DNA from: Parcubacteria group bacterium
Lineage (GTDB): Bacteria > Patescibacteriota > Minisyncoccia > Moranbacterales > UBA11712
DNA length: 64,000 nucleotides
NCBI GenBank assembly: GCA_041659685.1
Contig: JBAZXV010000001.1
Coordinates: 97,616-161,615 of the forward strand
Direction of reading: 5' to 3'
A program made the translations under genes and the position numbers. Under the pieces are notes generated by a model that saw only the letters and a list, made by a program, of their open reading frames with translations, searched no databases and had not been told where the DNA came from. Within the stretch, counting starts at the first letter, position 1. The number at the start of each line of letters is the position of its first letter. Shown here piece by piece: positions 56,780 through 64,000 of this stretch.

Positions 56780-58027
56780 TTATTTTATAATGCTTTCGAT
56801 TTCCAAAAGGCGATTATACTTTGAAACTCTTTCTCCCCGGCAGGGAGCGCCGAATTTAACAAATTCCACGCCTGCAGCGACAGCCAGATCGGCGATGAAA
56901 CTGTCTTCGGTTTCGCCGCTTCTGTGCGAAACAACGCATTTTATCTTATTTTTCTGGCATTTCTTGATAAATTCCATGGTTTCCGACAATGTCCCGATTT
57001 GATTAGGCTTTACGATGGCTGCGTTAACGGATGAAAAAGACAAGGCTTTTTCCAGACGATCAAGATTAGTGACCAATAAATCATCTCCAATAATCAATGC
57101 TTGTTCTCCAAGTTTTTCATTCAGTTTTTTCCAGTTCTCAAAATCGTCTTCTCCTATACAATCTTCCAGTGATAAGATATTATATTTTTTCAACCATTCC
57201 TGATAAAGGGTGATTATCCTTTCGGGTTCAAGGGAGATATTTTCTGGTTTTAGCGTATAGATATTTTGGTTGGGATCGAAAAAAGACGAGACTGCCGCGT
57301 CAATACCGATAAAAACTTTGTCTTTATATCCCGATTCCTCAATGGCTTTTGTAATGTATTCGAACGCGTCGTTATGACTGTCTAGTTTCGGGGCAAAACC
57401 GCCTTCATCTCCCACTCCCGTCGAATAGCCTGCATTGGCTAATAAATTTTTTAATTTATGATATATTTCGCTTCCAGCTCGCAACTGTTCTGAAAATTTG
57501 TGAATTTTTTCCGGAATAATTTGAAATTCCTGAATTGATAAACCCGAGTCCGAATGGGCGCCGCCGTTCAATATATTGAAGAAAGCGGTCGGAATGCTTT
57601 TTGGATTTTTAAACTTAAATGTTTTTGCCAGATAGCTGAACAACTGTTCGCCGTTTAACTCAGCTGCCGCCCTGGCCGCTGCAAGCGAAACCGCAAGTAT
57701 TGCATTGGCGCCAAGACCGGATTTATTTTTTGTGCCGTCGAGTTCGATTAGAGCGTCGTCTATTTCTTTCTGGTCAAAAACGCTGAACCCTGAAAGTTTT
57801 TTGTTAATCGTACCGTTGATGTTTTCGCAAGCCGCAAGAACCCCCATTCCCCCATATCGCTCATCCTTATCACGAAGCTCCACCGCCTCATGTGTTCCCG
57901 TTGATGCGCCGGACGGAACGGAAGCGCGTCCGGCAGTGCCGTTATCCAGAAGCACAACTGCCGAAACTGTCGGATTGCCTCTTGAATCAAGTATTTCCAA
58001 GGCAGATATTTTTTTTATTTTAGCCAT
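56780..58027 (-). CDS. eno: enolase
   Basis: MAKIKKISALEILDSRGNPTV. The track's start at 58090 is probably an over-extension that would overlap the pgk stop. Confidence 0.9.
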   Translation of the reverse strand: MAKIKKISALEILDSRGNPTVSAVVLLDNGTAGRASVPSGASTGTHEAVELRDKDERYGGMGVLAACENINGTINKKLSGFSVFDQKEIDDALIELDGTKNKSGLGANAILAVSLAAARAAAELNGEQLFSYLAKTFKFKNPKSIPTAFFNILNGGAHSDSGLSIQEFQIIPEKIHKFSEQLRAGSEIYHKLKNLLANAGYSTGVGDEGGFAPKLDSHNDAFEYITKAIEESGYKDKVFIGIDAAVSSFFDPNQNIYTLKPENISLEPERIITLYQEWLKKYNILSLEDCIGEDDFENWKKLNEKLGEQALIIGDDLLVTNLDRLEKALSFSSVNAAIVKPNQIGTLSETMEFIKKCQKNKIKCVVSHRSGETEDSFIADLAVAAGVEFVKFGAPCRGERVSKYNRLLEIESIIK

Positions 58028-58064
58028 ATTGTTAGTCTGATTAACTATTAAAATTCTATCAACC

Positions 58065-59114
58065 TTACATATTATTTTCCAGAGCTTCAATGCCGGGCAT
58101 TTTTTTTTCGCTTAAGAAATCAAGCATTGCTCCTCCTCCGGAAGAAATAAAATTGAATTTTCCCCGTCCGTTTCGAGAATTGATATATTCGACCGATTCC
58201 CCTCCCCCTGCGATTTTCCAGGCATCCGAGCTGATTATTGCTTCATAAATTGCGTCTGTGCCTTTCCGATATTTCTCATCTTCGAATTTTCCCATCGGTC
58301 CGTTCCAAAGAATAAAAGATGCGGCCGTAATCGCTATAACATATTTTTCAATTGTCAGCGGCCCGATATCAAAATTTCCCTCCGAAAAATCACTGGGAAG
58401 AATGACATTTTCGGGAAATTTGACTTTTTTCTCCTCGGCTTCGACTGATATTTTTCCGCCCAGCAATATCGCGTCGTATACCCTGGCCAAACTTTCAATA
58501 ACCGGCAGTTTGGTTTCTATCTTAGCCCCTCCGATTATCGCCATAGCGGGCCTTTTCGGCGGCGTCATCGCTTTTGACAGCTCTTTAATTTCTTTTTCCA
58601 AAAGGAAACCCGCGCAAGATGGCTTGAAAAGAGGAATTTGCGCAATGGAAGCATGGAGCCGGTGCGACACACTGAAGGCATCATAAACAAAAACGCCGAA
58701 ATGGTGACAAAGTTTTATGGCAAATTGTTCGCTATTTTCCTCCTCCTCCGGATAAAAACGGATATTTTCCGCCAGCGCCACTTCGCCATCAGCCAAATTT
58801 CTCACAATTCCGTCGCCCTCTTCGCTCATTATATCCTCAATAAAAACAATTTTTCTTCCCAATAATTCTTCAAGCTTTCCGGCTGCGGGTTTCAGGGAAA
58901 ATTCTGGGTTTTTCTTTCCGTCAGGCCGCCCAAGATGAGAAATAAGAACAGCTTTTGACCGCGGCTGCTTCAAAATATATTCGATTGTCGGAAGCGTAGC
59001 GCGAATGCGGGAATCGTCTTTAATAATGCCGTTCTCAATCGGGACATTGAAATCGACTCTGACCAGAACTCTTTTATTTTTGAAATCGATATCGCGGAGA
59101 TATTTCATAATCAC
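58065..59114 (-). CDS. pgk: phosphoglycerate kinase (compact, 349 aa)
   Basis: RVDFNVP N-terminal motif and the ISSGGGA/GGGAMLDFL nucleotide-binding region. Confidence 0.9.
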   Translation of the reverse strand: MIMKYLRDIDFKNKRVLVRVDFNVPIENGIIKDDSRIRATLPTIEYILKQPRSKAVLISHLGRPDGKKNPEFSLKPAAGKLEELLGRKIVFIEDIMSEEGDGIVRNLADGEVALAENIRFYPEEEENSEQFAIKLCHHFGVFVYDAFSVSHRLHASIAQIPLFKPSCAGFLLEKEIKELSKAMTPPKRPAMAIIGGAKIETKLPVIESLARVYDAILLGGKISVEAEEKKVKFPENVILPSDFSEGNFDIGPLTIEKYVIAITAASFILWNGPMGKFEDEKYRKGTDAIYEAIISSDAWKIAGGGESVEYINSRNGRGKFNFISSGGGAMLDFLSEKKMPGIEALENNM

Positions 59115-59183
59115 CTTAACTTAGTCAACTAAACCATAAGATTATCTTGTTCTGAAAATCAGAAACCCTTCGCCGTAATTTTA

Positions 59184-60305
59184 TCACCCTTTCCCCAATA
59201 TTCCTATTATAAGGCCTATTCCCGCCGCGACTCCCGTAAGAATCCAGGCGCGCATAGTCACTTTCGTTTCCGGCCAGCCGAGAGCTTCGAAGTGGTGATG
59301 AACAGGAGTTGAGAGGAACACTTTTTTATGGAATATTTTTTTGGAAACCAACTGAATGATAACGGATCCCGATTCGATGACATAGACGAAGCAAACAATC
59401 GGCAGAATAAAAACGGAATCCGTCATAAGGGCAATGACAGCCAACGTCGCGCCAAGAGAAACTGCCCCCGTGTCTCCCATAAAAAACCGGGCCGGATAAA
59501 TATTGAACCACAAAAAAGCCAGGAGCGATCCCGACGTCACCGCGCAAAAAGCGGCCATATCAATTTTCTTCTCCGTGAAGGCGATAACTCCGAAAACGGC
59601 ATAGGCAATAAGGAGAATCCCTCCATTCAGGCCGTCCAGTCCGTCTGTCTCATTTGACGAAATTGCCGTTGCCAGAACGACTATTATAAAAAAGGGTATG
59701 TACCACAATCCAATATAAATATCTCCGAAAGCCGGGATATGGATAGAATCGTAATCAAGCTTATAAAAAAACCACAGCGATCCGGCAACGGCAATCGCCA
59801 GGAGCCATCCAAAGCGGTATAAGAATCTTATTCCGCCGCCTTTGTTTGACCCCCATCCTTTGGCGCTGAATATATCATCAAAAGCGCCGACAATCGCGGT
59901 TGTAATAAGAACAAAAAGCGGGAGCCATGTTTGCGAACGGCTCAGAAAATCGAGTCTCGTGATAATTTTTGTTTCAACAAACGGGTGGATAAGATAAAAA
60001 ACGGCCAGAAGGATGAGAAGCGTTACCCAAATCAGCACTCCTCCCATCAGCGGAGTTCCTTTTTTGCTCTTGTGAAGATCATGGTAAACCGGCGCGGCTT
60101 TTCCATCCACAGATGTTTCCTTGATTTTTATTCCAATTTTATATTTATAAAGGAAATGAGTAAGAATCGGAGTCCAGGCCATAGCGACAATAAAGGCTAA
60201 TGTTCCCAAAATCCATATCTTAAGCGCCGCCATTGCGGCAGGAATTGTTGTTATATCGGCAAAACGCATTTTTTTCAGCGATCGACGGTCTAGACCGGGG
60301 ATCAA
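59184..60305 (-). CDS. mraY: phospho-N-acetylmuramoyl-pentapeptide transferase
   Basis: MraY motifs (DDxxD-like ...GAFDDIFS...; NETDGLDGL; HHHFE). Confidence 0.9.
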   Translation of the reverse strand: MIPGLDRRSLKKMRFADITTIPAAMAALKIWILGTLAFIVAMAWTPILTHFLYKYKIGIKIKETSVDGKAAPVYHDLHKSKKGTPLMGGVLIWVTLLILLAVFYLIHPFVETKIITRLDFLSRSQTWLPLFVLITTAIVGAFDDIFSAKGWGSNKGGGIRFLYRFGWLLAIAVAGSLWFFYKLDYDSIHIPAFGDIYIGLWYIPFFIIVVLATAISSNETDGLDGLNGGILLIAYAVFGVIAFTEKKIDMAAFCAVTSGSLLAFLWFNIYPARFFMGDTGAVSLGATLAVIALMTDSVFILPIVCFVYVIESGSVIIQLVSKKIFHKKVFLSTPVHHHFEALGWPETKVTMRAWILTGVAAGIGLIIGILGKG

Positions 60306-60375
60306 TAATTTTAATTATTTTAATTCACTCAGTTTATGATATTTTGCATTGATCGCAGTTCTTTGCTTATCATCC

Positions 60376-61407
60376 TTATTTCCATTCATAATTATCAAAT
60401 GTCCAATCGATAAGCCTGGGCATATCTTCCCATCGATTGTTGTCATTTATTATTACCGCCACTATCCGGTGGCTACCGGTGTCGGGATCCTTGGCGGCGA
60501 CCATAAGCGATTTTCCGGCATTATATGTAAAACCGGTTTTTCCTCCCAAACAATTGGGAATTTGGCCGAGAAGCAGGTCGGTATTTTTTAATTGATGGAT
60601 ATATTTTCCGTCGCACGAGCTTACCTCGGCTTCCTGCATTTTCATGATATCCCAAATAATATCGTACTTCATTGAGTAAACCGCAATGCGCGCCAAATCG
60701 TAGGCTGATGAATAGCAGTTATCCTCATCAAGCCCCGAAGGATTGCAAAAATGAGAGTCACTCAGGCCGATTTCCTTCGCTTTTTCGTTCATAAGTTCTG
60801 CAAATCCTTTTTGGGATCCGGCGACATGCTTTCCCAGGGCGATCGCGGCATCATTTGCGCTGTCAAGCAGCATTGCCGTGAGAAGACTCTTAACGGTGAT
60901 TTTCTCTCCCTCGTGAAGCCTTTCGGCAACACAGGTTACGCTGGTCGGGCAGCCGACCTTAGTTCCTTCCGCTTTCAGCATTTCAGAGTCTATAATTATC
61001 TGTTCATGGAGGTCATTGACCTTTTCCATAACGATTGCCGCAGTCATTATTTTTGTAAGAGACGCAATGGGAGTCCGGTTTCGTCCGTTGCTGTAATGCA
61101 AGATGGTGCCGGAATCAGCATCAATCACGACTGATGATCCGGCGGATATCTCTTCTTCATGATAGTCCTCTACCCGTTGCGGAAGATATCCTGACGCGCT
61201 CAAACTTGCATTATTTCCATTGTTATTTGAAAGGCTGCCTTTTAAGCTTTTTTCATTTTCTGAAGCGGCCTCTTTTTTTTCGTCCGTCGCACCTTCAACC
61301 CTGCTGTTTGCATCGATGGGAGTGCTCGCGGAAGGCGCAAAAAGCCCGGCAAAGTAATAATTAAAGGGCAGAAAAACAATTATGAGAGTTGTCGCAAGAA
61401 CATTCAT
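60376..61407 (-). CDS. D-alanyl-D-alanine carboxypeptidase (peptidase S11, DacA-like)
   Basis: SLTK (SxxK), SAND (SxN) and KTG motifs all present. Confidence 0.8.
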   Translation of the reverse strand: MNVLATTLIIVFLPFNYYFAGLFAPSASTPIDANSRVEGATDEKKEAASENEKSLKGSLSNNNGNNASLSASGYLPQRVEDYHEEEISAGSSVVIDADSGTILHYSNGRNRTPIASLTKIMTAAIVMEKVNDLHEQIIIDSEMLKAEGTKVGCPTSVTCVAERLHEGEKITVKSLLTAMLLDSANDAAIALGKHVAGSQKGFAELMNEKAKEIGLSDSHFCNPSGLDEDNCYSSAYDLARIAVYSMKYDIIWDIMKMQEAEVSSCDGKYIHQLKNTDLLLGQIPNCLGGKTGFTYNAGKSLMVAAKDPDTGSHRIVAVIINDNNRWEDMPRLIDWTFDNYEWK

Positions 61408-61979
61408 TGGTCTTTTGTGATATTGTTTTCTTCTTGATTTATAGCCAGTATTTCTTCAATCTTTTCATTTTTCGACAACTGGTCCCAATCGGGCAAGTCC
61501 TTTACGGCCTGAATTCCGACGGATTTTAGAAAATCAAAGGACGCTTCATAGAGAAATCCTCTTGTTTCGGATATTTCTTTTCGTTCAATAATACCGCGCA
61601 TCAAAAGGCTTCTTAAAATATAACTTGTGTTTACACCCCGGATAGCTTCGATCTGGGTTCTTGTGATTGGCCCCCGATAGGCTACTATTGCCAGCGTTTC
61701 AAGCGCGGATTTTGAAAGTTCCGAATTAATCTCGCCTGAAACGAGCTGGCTCACAAATTCGGCATTTTCAGGAGAGGTTCCCAATTGCGCGGAATCGCCG
61801 CTTTTAATCACCCTAAAACCGCTGTTTTGTTCCTTATAAAAAACATCTATTTCCTCGAGCGATTTTTCGACTTCTTTCTTCTCAACCTGGCATATTTTGG
61901 CGAGCTTCGCAAGTTTGACAGGCTCGCCGGAGACAAAGAGAAGGCTTTCAATTATTGATTTGATTTTTGGGCTGTCCAT
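61404..61979 (-). CDS. scpB: segregation and condensation protein B
   Basis: Tandem wHTH ScpB profile (LESLLFVSGEPV...LETLAIVAYRGPITR). Confidence 0.85.
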   Translation of the reverse strand: MDSPKIKSIIESLLFVSGEPVKLAKLAKICQVEKKEVEKSLEEIDVFYKEQNSGFRVIKSGDSAQLGTSPENAEFVSQLVSGEINSELSKSALETLAIVAYRGPITRTQIEAIRGVNTSYILRSLLMRGIIERKEISETRGFLYEASFDFLKSVGIQAVKDLPDWDQLSKNEKIEEILAINQEENNITKDQ

Positions 61980-62691
61980 GAATCGTAAGCGCCTTAAATT
62001 TTTTAATGTTTATCTCGGAAAACAAGCTGTTTTGTTCGACCATTACTATCCTTTGTTTAATCATCTCCAGCAGAGCCAGGAAGCTGACAATTATCTCAAT
62101 ATTATCCTTCGCCGATTCTTTCATCTGGGAAAAACTGAATTCCACCCTGGATTCCAGCCTCTTCTGAAATTCATTTATCTTCTCCTCGAGTGTAATTATA
62201 TCACGAACGGCTTCTTTTGGCAGTTTTTCAGGAAGAGTTATCTGATCAATAATATTTTTGAATGTTTTTTTTAGATCGAATGCGTTCAGATTTTTCGCAG
62301 GCACAAAAACAGTCGAAACGCCCAGCAAGTAATCCCTCGAAAAAATTCGTTTTCCGCTTCTTAGAAGCTTATCGAATTCGCCTCCCGCATCCTTGAATTT
62401 TTTATACAACTGGAGCTGATTTTCGAGATCTTTGATTTCTTTTTCTTCTTCCGATGTCACCTCGAGAATAGGAAGAATGCTCCTGGACTTGATGAGGATA
62501 ATTTTTGAGGCAATGCTGATGAAATCCGCCAGATTCTCAAGACTGATATTTTCCTCCCCCCTTACATATTCCAGATAATCATCAGCCACCTGGGCAATCG
62601 ACATTTCGGTTATATTAAGCTTTTGCTCCTCGATAAGTTCAAGGAGCAAATTAAGCGGGCCTTCAAATTTTGGAACCTTCACGTTGTACAT
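61948..62691 (-). CDS. scpA: segregation and condensation protein A
   Basis: ScpA N-terminus (FEGPLNLLLELIEEQK). Confidence 0.85.
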   Translation of the reverse strand: MYNVKVPKFEGPLNLLLELIEEQKLNITEMSIAQVADDYLEYVRGEENISLENLADFISIASKIILIKSRSILPILEVTSEEEKEIKDLENQLQLYKKFKDAGGEFDKLLRSGKRIFSRDYLLGVSTVFVPAKNLNAFDLKKTFKNIIDQITLPEKLPKEAVRDIITLEEKINEFQKRLESRVEFSFSQMKESAKDNIEIIVSFLALLEMIKQRIVMVEQNSLFSEINIKKFKALTIHGQPKNQINN

Positions 62692-62696
62692 ATCCG

Positions 62697-63209
62697 TTAT
62701 TTTTTTGCCGTAAATGAGCCTTTTTTCGGCTCTTCTATTTTGAAATAAATCTTCGATGGAATTTTAATCGAATACTCATATTCTCCTGATCCCGCAAAAA
62801 GATATTTTTGCTTCGCAAGAACTGCGTCGGCATAAATATCAAGACCGAGATATTCCCGAAACGGGGCCGTCGCTCCGACTTTTCCGGGTATATTTTTCTT
62901 CATCCACCCTTCTTTGGCAAAGTCAACCGACTTTATATTTTCTTCCTTTCTTTTTTTCCTGTCCATGTTTACCGCCTTCAGAAATTTCTTCTTGTCGAGC
63001 CTTTTATTTGCCGGAATAATGGCCAAAACGTACTCTTTATCGATCTTCATAACCAATGTCTTGGCAATCTCTTCCTGCTTGACCTTTTTCTCGTGCTTCT
63101 GAGTCGTTCTTGCCGTGTCAAAAGCCGTATAGGTGGTTTTATGCCTGATTATTTCAAATTTATATTTTTTTCCGTTGAGATAATTCAGGATTTTTTTGGA
63201 AATTGCCAT
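62697..63209 (-). CDS. YbaK/ProX-like aminoacyl-tRNA deacylase domain protein
   Basis: YbaK-like layout. Moderate similarity only. Confidence 0.5.
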   Translation of the reverse strand: MAISKKILNYLNGKKYKFEIIRHKTTYTAFDTARTTQKHEKKVKQEEIAKTLVMKIDKEYVLAIIPANKRLDKKKFLKAVNMDRKKRKEENIKSVDFAKEGWMKKNIPGKVGATAPFREYLGLDIYADAVLAKQKYLFAGSGEYEYSIKIPSKIYFKIEEPKKGSFTAKK

Positions 63210-63227
63210 AAAAGTTAATTTAATAAT

Positions 63228-64000
63228 TTAGCGCTTGATTCTTCCGGAAAGCTGCCCGTAAACTGGCGGAATGCGGCTCGAAGCAAGCTTAAAGGCAAAA
63301 GGCAACCCGGTGAGCATCATTATCCCGACGAAGGGAAAAATGAACCGTATATGGAGGATAAAAACTATGGGCGTAGCGACAATAAGGCCCAAAATATAAG
63401 CCATCGGGCGAACACTGCGGAAAAAATCAACAATATCAACGTCGGTTTGGTCGATTCTTTTATAAAAATAAGAGTCGCGGAGAATTTCAATGAGACTTGC
63501 GCCAATACGAGTGGCAAAAAGGACGGCTGTCCATACGACAAAATCTTTTGACGAAATGAAGAACATGGCAACGGTAAAGACCGACATAATAAGCAGCGCA
63601 AAAAAAATCATATCCTTTTCCTCAAAACGCTTGTCCGCCAGGACTCCGGCCGGATACTGCAGGAGGACGAATGGAATAAGCATTATGGTAAACATTTCCC
63701 CTATCTCTCCCCAGCCAAACCCAAGTTCCAAGAGATAGAGAGGCGTGTAAACAATCATAAGAGCGTAAAAAAGCTCCAAAAGAAAAGAAATGTAATATAT
63801 TCTCATTACGTTTTTTCTTTGGATGACCTTTCTCATCAGTGAAAAAAAACTCAGATCTTCCATGCTGCAGTCCGGAATTTTCTTCAGCTGAAGGAAGGTT
63901 ATTATTGACACAACAGCCAGAATCAAAGCGGCAAACAGAAAAACCGAGTTAATCCCCCATTCGCTTATGATAAGGCCCGCAAAAAAGGGGGAAATCAGAT
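63228..64000 (-). CDS. MFS-type transporter, partial (5' end beyond window)
   Basis: The reading frame stays open past the track's TTG start to the window edge. Hydrophobic helices throughout. Confidence 0.5.
   Translation of the reverse strand, partial: LISPFFAGLIISEWGINSVFLFAALILAVVSIITFLQLKKIPDCSMEDLSFFSLMRKVIQRKNVMRIYYISFLLELFYALMIVYTPLYLLELGFGWGEIGEMFTIMLIPFVLLQYPAGVLADKRFEEKDMIFFALLIMSVFTVAMFFISSKDFVVWTAVLFATRIGASLIEILRDSYFYKRIDQTDVDIVDFFRSVRPMAYILGLIVATPIVFILHIRFIFPFVGIMMLTGLPFAFKLASSRIPPVYGQLSGRIKR

Noticed and set aside
58028-58090. Longer enolase start at 58090 as given in the ORF track
   Set aside because: The extra 21 residues (MKLWKIICKVDRILIVNQTNN) are not enolase-like and would overlap the pgk stop. 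The conserved N-terminus begins at MAKIKK.
1-64000. CRISPR arrays, transposases, integrases, restriction-modification genes
   Set aside because: No tandem spaced repeats were seen. The only methyltransferase is a small class I SAM enzyme with no DNA-MTase motifs (no DPPY/PCQ) and no adjacent endonuclease. No DDE or tyrosine/serine recombinase signatures were seen in any ORF.

Overview
This is a gene-dense ~64 kb window from a low-GC (~40%) compact bacterial genome, mostly transcribed on the minus strand. The gene content suggests a Patescibacteria/CPR-like organism (inference): a DUF4012 giant secreted protein, an ADP-forming acetyl-CoA synthetase next to lower-glycolysis genes, many tiny membrane proteins, an AmmeMemoRadiSam system and a short PGK. 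Housekeeping content: glyA-folD, a split priA, def-fmt, an orphan groES, cspA, ftsEX-prfB, tRNA-Gly/Thr/Gln, lepA, murJ, a polysaccharide locus with three GT4 glycosyltransferases, a Wzz-like protein, a priming sugar transferase, and a flippase at the start of the window, then RNase P RNA (rnpB), rnhA, recJ, acs-pfkB-gpmI-eno-pgk, mraY, a DacA-like carboxypeptidase, scpAB and a partial MFS transporter at the end. The prfB gene carries the classic CTT TGA C programmed +1 frameshift, which implies that UGA is a genuine stop codon here. The rnpB gene is not in the ORF track and was read directly from the minus strand. The most unusual part is an accessory-like segment at ~17.3-28.6 kb that ends at tRNA-Gln. 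It holds HIT, GIY-YIG, hemerythrin, M23 peptidase, a PaaX-like regulator flanked by 43-bp direct repeats, TspO, a Fic-HD pair, a decayed ORF, peptidase E, a methyltransferase and a higher-GC two-gene membrane cassette. The segment is studded with three recurrent short motif families: TACGTA-core 12-bp palindromes, CCTAACAT-N3-ATGTTAGG palindromes, and a TTCCGGCGGGGGAT element. Together these suggest a locally regulated gene set of unknown function. No CRISPR array, transposase or integrase was seen.
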